DNA of 64,000 nucleotides from Callorhinchus milii. Its lineage: Eukaryota. The DNA is taken from NCBI RefSeq assembly GCF_018977255.1, contig NW_024704753.1, forward strand, positions 186,001-250,000. The letters are read 5' to 3'. Below the pieces are notes generated by a model. That model saw only the letters and a program-made list of their open reading frames with translations, did no database searches and was not told where the DNA came from. The first letter of the stretch is position 1. Every line of letters begins with the position of its first letter. This document shows, piece by piece, positions 11,101-20,300 of this stretch. A program made the translations under genes and the position numbers.

Positions 11101-13185
11101 TTCTGCTGTTGGGAACCTCTACCTTATGTCCTGCATTGGTGGTGGTGGTACTGGGAGGGTAGGGGTTATAATGGAAATGTGATTTAGGGTTTGGCGGACT
11201 TCAGATGAAGGTCAAACATTCGCAGTAAAAATGTGAGTGTTTCCAGTTTCCAGTGGCCAGAATTCACTGTAAACAGTACCCTGAAAGTTTATATTTATCA
11301 TTCACTCTCTCTGCTTCCACTTCTCCCACCTCCTTATGTATATGCTCAAGCATTGTCTGGATTGTAATAGTGTGCTAGCATGGCGCAGTGGTAGCACTCT
11401 CATCTCTTGAGTCCGAAGGCATTCAGATGGACGTTAAAGATCCCATGGCACTGTTCAAAAAGAGAAGGGAGTTTCTCCTGGTGTTTTGACCAACACTTCC
11501 CCAAATAAAACGCTCCATGGCTGTTGTAGGATATTGCTGTGGTCAATTGGCTGACATGTTTCACCCACAAAATACAGTCACTACGTTTTACAGTATATCC
11601 TGTGAAGCGCTTTGAGGTGTCTCGATGATATGTTGAGGCACGATACCAAATGCAGGGATAATTACTAAATGCAGTGTGTGGCATGATGCAGATTCACGTC
11701 TCTGGAGGACAACAACAACAAAATTACATTTATAGAGCGCCTTTCACGTAGGGAGGACGTCTCAAAGTGCTGACAATCAAAAACAGCACCGAGGCCGAGT
11801 CTGTGGTCGGTGATTGGCCAAAGCTCATTGATGCAGAACAGGAATAAGACTAAATAGGAAGAAATGAAGCTCAAACATTTTGTAAATTGCTTTGCTCCAA
11901 ATTTTGTTTTGCAGAACACGTATTTGGGCTTCCTCGATTATAAAAAGGAAACAATCCGAAAACTTGGGATTAAAGCTGGGACGTGCTCCTTCAACCCCGG
12001 TGTGTTTGTAGCTAATCTGACAGAGTGGCGGCAGCAGAACATCACACAGCAGCTGGAAAAGTGGATGGAGATAAATGTGGAGTGAGTGTCGGTTATCACA
12101 TCTTGCTGATGAGAGAATTGTTTGCGATTTGCTTTGCAAGTCTCCTGCAACACCTTGGCTCCAGAAACTGGGCAATTGATAACATTCTGTTGCTATAGCA
12201 ACAGTAAATTGCTTCATAGCTTTAAAGCGGAGGTGGCCAGCAACCACATTGAGTAGGTCACCCTGAAGGGATGGAAGAAATATGTTATTACCTGTTAGCA
12301 AAGCTGAGTTTTCTTGTGGCAGGGAGACTGTATACAATGGAGCCCTGGTGGGCGGAAGTCCCACTCCACCCCTGCTCATTGTGTTCTACAAAAAGCACTC
12401 TTCCATCGCTCCCCTCTGGCACATCAGGCACTTGGGTAAGTTCTAGCTGTTGTGATATTTGGTTTGTACCAACTATTTCCTGGATAACTGGCACTTAGCT
12501 GTATGGCCAGACTATGGTTGCCATCAGCCTACAGTGCTCTGGCTAGTCAACACCTCTGGGAGGTCAGTACCTCCGGGCTGCTCCATGTCTCCCGCCCGAC
12601 CCGCCCTACCATCGACTGGACTTTCAGCCTCTCTGCACCCACACTCTGAAATTCCATCCCACAGTCCCTTGGCCTCGCTTCCTCCCTTGCCTCCTTCAAG
12701 GCTGGTCTCAAGACCCTTCTCTTCCATTTAGTCTTTGGTCTCCCACCTCTCTGCCTTCCCTCACCCCTACACCACCCCTCCCCCATCCTCGGGCCCCGAC
12801 ACCTGACTGTTCAGCGCTTTGGGTTGTCCTCCCAACATGAGAGGTGTTCTATAAATGTCAGTTTGTTGTTGTTGGGGCAGGGCAGCAGCTCTGGTCAAAG
12901 CATTTGACATTTTTTCACAATACTCATCATGCAGTGATGACATGACTAATGTTGATCTGCTAACAGACGTTTTGTTTTGAAGGCTCGAACATTGGAACGC
13001 GATATTCCTCTCACTTTGTTAGAGCTGCCAAGTTGCTGCACTGGAACGGACGATTCAAACCCTGGGGCCGCGTCTCATCCTATGGTGATATTTGGGACAA
13101 ATGGTACGTTCCAGATCCAACGGGAAAATTTCATCCAGTACGACGCCATGCGGAGGACAGCAAAAACCTGGTGTCTAACCAGTGA
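8174..13185 (+). CDS. GLT8D1: Glycosyltransferase 8 domain-containing protein 1 (about 372 aa)
   Basis: Exons 8174-8189 (MSLRK), 9136-9234 (TM, VLHHNL), 10117-10324, 10430-10544, 10765-10849 (YLDDDVI, DxD motif), 10966-11078, 11915-12081 (CSFNPGVFVANLTEW), 12323-12435, 12983-13185 (KLLHWNGRFKPW...WYVPDPTGKF). Total 1119 nt in frame; AATAAA at 14180-14185. Confidence 0.95.
8438..8680 (+). mobile_element. tRNA-derived SINE
   Basis: Head GTCCTGTAGCTCAGTGGTTAGAGC (A box)...GGTTTGATTCCC (B box), followed by a body shared with the minus-strand copy at about 18960-19300. Confidence 0.75.
8624..8941. repeat. Long inverted repeat (arms of about 150 bp, 16-nt loop)
   Basis: 8624-8774 is a near-perfect reverse complement of 8791-8941. 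Confidence 0.95.
12540..12875 (+). mobile_element. Diverged L2 3' fragment
   Basis: TCCTTCAAGGCTGGTCTCAAGACC and a tail ending (TTG)n, matching the other L2 copies. Confidence 0.75.
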
Positions 13186-14363
13186 CAGGGTTTGTACACC
13201 ACTCAGTAATGGACACACCACTCAGCAATTCACACCGATGTACTTCCAAGGACACCCTTTACGTGCCTACAATTTGTCTCGGCTGGATTATGTCTTAGGT
13301 GAAGCCATCATTCAGGAATACTGTGAAAATGCTGAAATATCAAGTGCACGATTATTATTATATTGTTCTTGGGGCTTTTAATAATGTTGTTTTCAATATA
13401 AGCTGTCCAGGAAACCTGCAGACAGCACTCACATTTTGTAAAGCATTTTGTCCCAATACTGTACATTATAGCCTGCATACTTAATGGTTTCAAGTTAGTT
13501 TGTTGTAAAACTATATTGTTCAAACTGGAGAACAATGTCAGAAAATAATCAGGTTTCCCTTTCTATTGAAACCTTCAACTAAGAAAAGGCTTGTAATGGA
13601 GAGCAGTTTAATATTATCTCCCTACAGATTCCCCAGACAATATTGTAATCAGTCTCACTGGTTCCTAGTACTAGTTTGTGAAGTTGAGATTAAAAATTTA
13701 TGACCCAATGTCATTTTAATGTATTACTGGAAAGCAGTATTTTTCCCTCTTAGCAACAGGATTCTTCGGTTAGGTTTATTGACTCCAGCTGAAGGACTAG
13801 CAGTAACATACCCCAAATTAACAGGAAGGACAGGAATGATAAGTAGGTGCACTCCAATCTTCAAAGCTATAAAAGCACAAATTGTATTGTTAAGTCACTT
13901 TTAATTTGTGCCACATTCCTCCTGAAGGTAATTAATGTGTGCTGTGTGGGAAACCATCTTCACCCACTAGTTTCAATTATGTGTTTAGTTGTACATCACA
14001 GGTTAGTATGTTATTGAGACAAGGTTGCAAATTGTGATTTAAAGCAAGTCTACTATAAAATGTCTTCTTCATGTCACAGCATCTTACTCTCCATCACTGC
14101 TTTAGCCACAATTGTTCCAGTATCAGTGTGTAACCATCTGACCCGATGCCATTTGGGTTGAATGTTGAGATTTTACCAAAATAAAGTGAACCACTAATTC
14201 CATAAAGAAGGTATTTTAATGTCTGGCAATAACACATTTTATAATTACATTTATGATATACATATCAGCATTTAACATTTCTTCAAAACTCCAAAATATA
14301 GAGTAGCTAGTTTACAGCAGTGTGATCCTGGTGCTCAGACACAGCAAGTCCCAGAGGCAGTCA

Positions 14364-17300
14364 CTAGGCAGAATCCAATGATATTGTAGCACTGGCAACA
14401 TAATCAGTATTGAAGTCGTATGTATCATCTTCGTGACTTTCACACGCGAGATCCAGACTCTGCACAGTTACACTGGACTTTGCTGAAAGACAAATGGAAG
14501 CAGTAATTATATTGACACAAGAAGGCAATCTTTGAAAAAGCAAATTAAGGATGAATCCAAACAATTAATTCAATATATACTGGAGCCAATTATCCACCTT
14601 GATAGAGATCGTCTTCTTTGTGGATAAGTGAACAGTGCAGATAATTGGTCACTATGCATAATCCAGATGCCATTATGTCCCTTGTAACCTCATGTGCAAC
14701 TGGTTTTTGTTTTGCTAGAATCTGACAGGCCTGAGTCCGTTTCTCCCTCAGACCTTGATACAGACAAGTGGATAGTTGGCATATCAATGAAAGATGTTCT
14801 ATTCAGGTATGAGTAAGTCAGCCTCAAATGTTTCCTCACGAGAAAGTACAGTGCCATAAAGCTAAAATCAGACACAATTTAAACAAAACTTTCATTTACT
14901 GACCTGGCTTCTGTAGCCTTTTCTTCCTGGGATCTCCTGCACCCGGTCGCTTCACTGGTTCGACGTTTGTGTTTGTGGTTTGATCTTGTTCAGCATCTTC
15001 ATCCTAGAGGAATAGTAAAGTCAATCTTTATATGCAATACGCAGTCACTATACTTCAGTAAATTCCTGTGAAGTGCTTTCAGGCATCTCAGTGATCAGAT
15101 GATGCTAGGAAAGGCTTATATTTTAAAACTCAGGTGACTTGGTTTCAAACTAAAGTTTCTCCTCTTTCCCCTCCACCCAGGACATTGGGGTTCAAGCTCT
15201 AATTCATAACTTGACATAGCAATCAGCTGTGTGTCCTGCACACCTCTGTTGGCTCCCAGCACATTACTGTTCATTCACAAAGATTTCTATCAATGTCTAA
15301 CCCTAATCAGGTAGCAAAGCCATTTTTTTAATGTGTTTACAATTTTTTCTTCCAAGACAATTCACTTGGAGACTAATTATGAACATACAATCTTAATAAC
15401 ATGCGGCCAGGCTGAAATTCACCTAGTGACATGCTGCTCACCCCACACACTTCATCTTCAGTCTTTTCCTCTATTACATCATCATCATCCATTTCTTCTA
15501 TGTCATTCTCCTCAGTTATTCCGAGTGTCAGCCCTGCAGACTGGAAAACTAAACTACTGGCTTTGGTGGGGCATCGAACATCTGGGGAGAAACAAATAAT
15601 GTAATTTGTTGGCTTTACGCATGGACATAATGTGCATCGTCTTTGTGAGAGGAGCCAGATATTAAACACACCTAAAGCTATCCGCTAACCGGGACCATGA
15701 CAATGTGGCAGCATCTACATGGCCAGGACAGCCCTCAGGACAGAGGGTTTGGGCTGCACTCAGTCACTGAAAAACAAACACACTCTTGAGGGCAATTTGG
15801 TGGCAGCAGGAAAGCGGAATAATTGAAACCCTCGTGTATCAAGTATGTAATGAGCCGCCCAGTGTCCCTCCTCATTATAGACGTCTGCCTCTTTCCTGGG
15901 ATATGGAGGCAGAACTGTATTTGAAGAACAAGGAAGACATTACTAAAAGGCAAGTTATCTTATTGTTTCCCACCTTGTGTACATTACCCACCTCATGCAA
16001 TGAATGTTTACCTTGAAGTGTCGTTTTATTGTCTTTGGCTAGTTCTTCTGCGCTGAAGCCTTGTCTGGCCTCCTCCACAGTTTGACTGTTGATATGAGCA
16101 GGCAGTTGATGCATCACTGGAGGACATGTGTAGTAACTAACCTTGGACCTTAATTGGGAGATAGAACAGATTATTTTACAATTCTTTGTAATGTATGATA
16201 AGGCTTGAATTAATTGACTTTCATTTTTTCCTAAATTAATAAAAGTCTTTTCGTCAACTGCGCCCCTTCCCTTGCTGTTATTGCACAGCTGTTTGTCAGT
16301 GCTTCGGGACGTCCCGCTGTGAAATGTGCCACATACAGGTCAATGTGTCCTGTGTAGCTAGGTACAGGATAGCTGATTTACCCCGTCCAATCACATAGAA
16401 TCTGCCGTGCTGCTGCAGCTGTGTCTGGGTCCCCGCCTTTCTTCAGCAGACCCCGTTTACGAGCCAACAAGGTCAGAAACTCCAGTGAGTTGCGAAAGTC
16501 TGAGACGTTGTATTGCAGCATGATCTGGAGGACAGGAAGTCCATATACACAAGTTAGCCACCTCATCAGACAAACAACTACAACAATTCAGCCATTAATA
16601 TTAACTCAGAAATAGACGAGCAGAGATTAAAGGGAAGATCATAACTGAAGATGCTTCAATATTAATGAGAAACACATTAGCAACACTTCCTCTCTCTAAA
16701 TGCACAGCGAAACACCTACCTCGGGAAAATACCATAGATTCAAGCCTCAGGGTTGAAAAAATGAAAAACTGGCTCGATAGAGACTCGATATAGCTGCATT
16801 TTGAACATGGCTTCTCTAGTGAGTGAGCAAGTACAGAGGTGGCACAAGGAGCCCCAGATCAGGAGTGAGTGTTGCTGATGTGCATGGCTTAATCTCCACA
16901 ACATGAGACATTCACACACACCACAAGCTTTAACTGGTTAGAATTTACTAGCTGAAACTCTTACGTGAAGGCGAGTGAGATCAGAGTTGGATCTTTAGCG
17001 GTCACAGAAACTCAGAAATATTATGTTTCCTCATTTCTCACTCAAACTGTCTCTGTTGCTCAGTTGGGATTCACTTGGCTAATGATAAGGATGTAATGTG
17101 TCAGGAGGCTGTGTTCTAGCCGTGGGTGTAGTTACCTGCTGCTTCTCACAGTGTTTCAGGATAGGATCTGCCAAAGTGGTCGAGTGCTGCAGTGTCTCCA
17201 CGTCCATGACCTCCCTTAGAGACAGGGCCAGGGCAGAGTTTGACGGAGAAGCAATGATACTTGGACTGTCCAACATCTTGACCTGTTTATTGATGTGAAC

Positions 17301-20300
17301 CTCCTGCATAGATCTACACACAAAACATTTGCATGGTGAGTATGTAAGGGAAACCCTCATGCCAAGATAACTGCTTTAATACAAGCACCTCCCCAAAGTA
17401 TCTGCTTCTGAAGTCTAGTGTTGCGGAGTGAGATCAGAGTTGGATCTTTAGCAGTCACAGAAAATCAGACTGTGATAGAATTCTCCTCACTTCTCAATGC
17501 AGCAGCACTTCCCCAGTGTAGCCCCTTTACTCAGTTCCACTTACTTTGTTAGGCCTCTCGTCTGACCCGCAGGACAAGCCCTAATCTTTTTCATGCTGTT
17601 GATTAAGCTGCTTTTCCCCACATTCGGGAACCCTGAAAAACAAATGTTTGGCTATAAGCTGAATACACTAACCTACACTGGGTACATCAGATTTAGGCTG
17701 TTACGTCCTCCTGATGTGAAAGGTGCTATACAAATGTAATTTTTGTTTGTTATATTGCCAGTTCTATTTGAATCCCTAGTTAGTCTCAGCCAATTCTTTT
17801 CCATTGACCACTTGCGTCACAGCCTGGCTCAGCAGCACATGCTCTGGGTCAGAAAGCAATGGGTTTGAGCCCCACATTGAGATGTTTGAGTTCACAGATT
17901 AGGCTGACACTCCAGCAGAGAACTGGGAGAAACTGCTTTGTCAAAGGTGCCATTTTTCAGTAAAACACTAAAATCCAGGTTAATCCAAATTCATTGCTCA
18001 TCAACTTCATGCCTATATGTTAGACTTTGCTGGGTTAAACGGCTGTTTTGTTTGCCTACAAAACAGTGACTACGCTAGTTACCTGCGAAGTACTTTAAAA
18101 GCACAAGGTCTTTCTTCACCAAAGCCAATCCCTGCTACTCACTTACCAATGTAACAAGCCTTGTCTCATCAAAATGCTGAGCAGATCAGATGAGACAAGT
18201 TTGGAAGCGAGACTTACTCTACATACAATGCTAATGCTGATCATGTTACAGGCAACCATTAATGGTACAAGTGTACACAGTTGCTCATTTCAACATGAGA
18301 ATTTCCTTCCCAAATGCAGGACTCACCTACGACACCAACTCTGATGGATTTCTCAGCCTCGTGGCAGTAACCGGTGAGCAACTTGAGAAGTGTTTCATCT
18401 CCAGTACAGGTACGAACCTGCGATATCGCTGTGTGAGAGGAATGCTTGTTTAACCTTTTTTCCTGCTGTTTGAACAAACCATTAGAATTAGAAGTTGCAA
18501 TATAGAAAGGTTAGCAGCACAAAGTCAACCCAGAAACTGAACTAAAAATGTTGTAATTACATTTCACATCTAAAGGCTTATTGTTACTGCCGCATCCACA
18601 AAAACTGCTTTTGATAATTTGCCAAATTCCTATTTGGGATAATTTAAAGCAGATAAATATCTTTAAAGGGCAGACTATGGTTTGAAACTAGCACTATAGA
18701 GTATAATTTGTTGTTGAAACACAGTACAGACAAAGCCAAACTCTAAAGTTATAGTTTCCTTAGTCTGGCCTTCAGTTAAATCAACCTTTTATATAAACAC
18801 TGAATTAAAAATTTAAATCAACTGGCGAAATCAGCGTTGGATCTTCCTCTTCACTTGGGAGTCAGAGATGTAGAAACTTTTCATCAGTTTTCAGCCAGTT
18901 CTGTAAAGTTGTGCATCAGCCTTCCACAGTGATAACACTTTCACCTCTGAGCCAGAAGGTAATAATAATAATCCTTGCATTTGAGATGGCGCCTTGACAC
19001 ATCGAGACATCTCAAAGAGCTTCACAGAATATACTGTAAAGTGAATGGACTGTATTGTATATATTGTGGGCGAAATGCAGCAGCCAATTGCGCACAACAG
19101 TGTGGATTGAGTGACCAAATTATTATTTGGTTCCCCGGAAAAGCGATCCACCAATCGACTAACAACCGACCGGGATCCTACTTAATACTAGGTAAACAGA
19201 GGTGTATGGAATAAGGAAACTTGCCTAAAAGATTTTGCCCCACCCGCGAATTGAACCTCGGTCCTCTCGCTTGCTCTAACCAATAAGCTACAGGACTCCA
19301 TGAGGTTGTGGGTTCAAGCCTGTCAGGATTTGGAATTGCATAGTCTAAGATGACGCACCAATGCAGAGCTGAGGGAAGGGGTGTTGGATGTCCTTTGGAT
19401 GTGATGTTAAACTGAGGTCCCACCTGTCCGTTCAGGTTGATGTTAAAGATCCCATGGTGCTATTTGCAAAGAAAAGGGAGTTTCTCCCGGTGTCCTGGCC
19501 AACAATCCCCAAAATAAAATCAGTCTTTCACTTCATGGCTGTGTTGTGGGACATTGCTGTGTGCAAACTGGCTGCCGTGCTTTGCCCACAGCGAATCCAC
19601 TTTAAAGTATATCCTGTGAAATGTATTGGGATGTTTTGACAATGTGATAAGGCACTGTTTCAAATGCGACGATTATTATCATGCCAGACTGGAGCGGCCT
19701 TGGGAACATACCTTGGTGCTATCTGGTAGCTGCGTCGATGATTTGAAGGCCACAGTAGGAAACTCGTTCATCAGATACTGTAACCATTTCTCCACATTCA
19801 CCTTTGGCACCAGATCTAAACAGTGAGGCAAGGTTACACATTTCAGTGTTAATGTAAAATTGAATTCAGTGTTTATGTAAAGCTTGACTTTGCTGTAAAA
19901 GTATCTATGTTTCAACCCATAGTCTGCCTTTTAAACACGTTTATTTGATTTAAATCATCTTAAATAGGGATGCTCCAAATCCAATCAGTGCTGTGTTTGA
20001 CTCAATGCTTTGCCAATAAATGCCTTTTACCGATTTTGTTCAACACGAAGACCAGCTTCTTCCCCTCCGAGCACAGGAACGCTTGTTCCACCTCTGGGCA
20101 CCGGCAGCCGAGAGGGTCCCTGGCATCCAGCACGAGAAGCAGCACATCTGAGGTGTCAATCACCTGCCAGGCCACACAAGACAATCAAACATCTCCTACA
20201 CTTCCACACCAAGGAACCATCTCTAGCCTATGTTCTTACGTTAGAAAGGAATTCATATTAATCTGAGTCAATGCTTCATCATGTTGTTGAAAAGTTTCAA

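Noticed and set aside
16741-16815. Minus-strand AAGCC...CAACCCTGA-GGCTT resembling a SNORD69-type 3' end
   Set aside because: No box C (ATGTTCA) and the guide is degenerate; at best a relic.
18160-18199. 11-bp stem hairpin CTTGTCTCATC/GATGAGACAAG in a GNL3 intron
   Set aside because: Too short for a pre-miRNA, no box motifs in proper arrangement; no function supportable.
18460-18468. NAGNAG tandem acceptor (CAGCAG) at GNL3 exon 8
   Set aside because: Common feature changing one Gln; only affects the exact exon boundary.
20215-20286. ATGATGA box C-like motif on the minus strand in a GNL3 intron
   Set aside because: No CTGA box D or terminal stem at a suitable distance.
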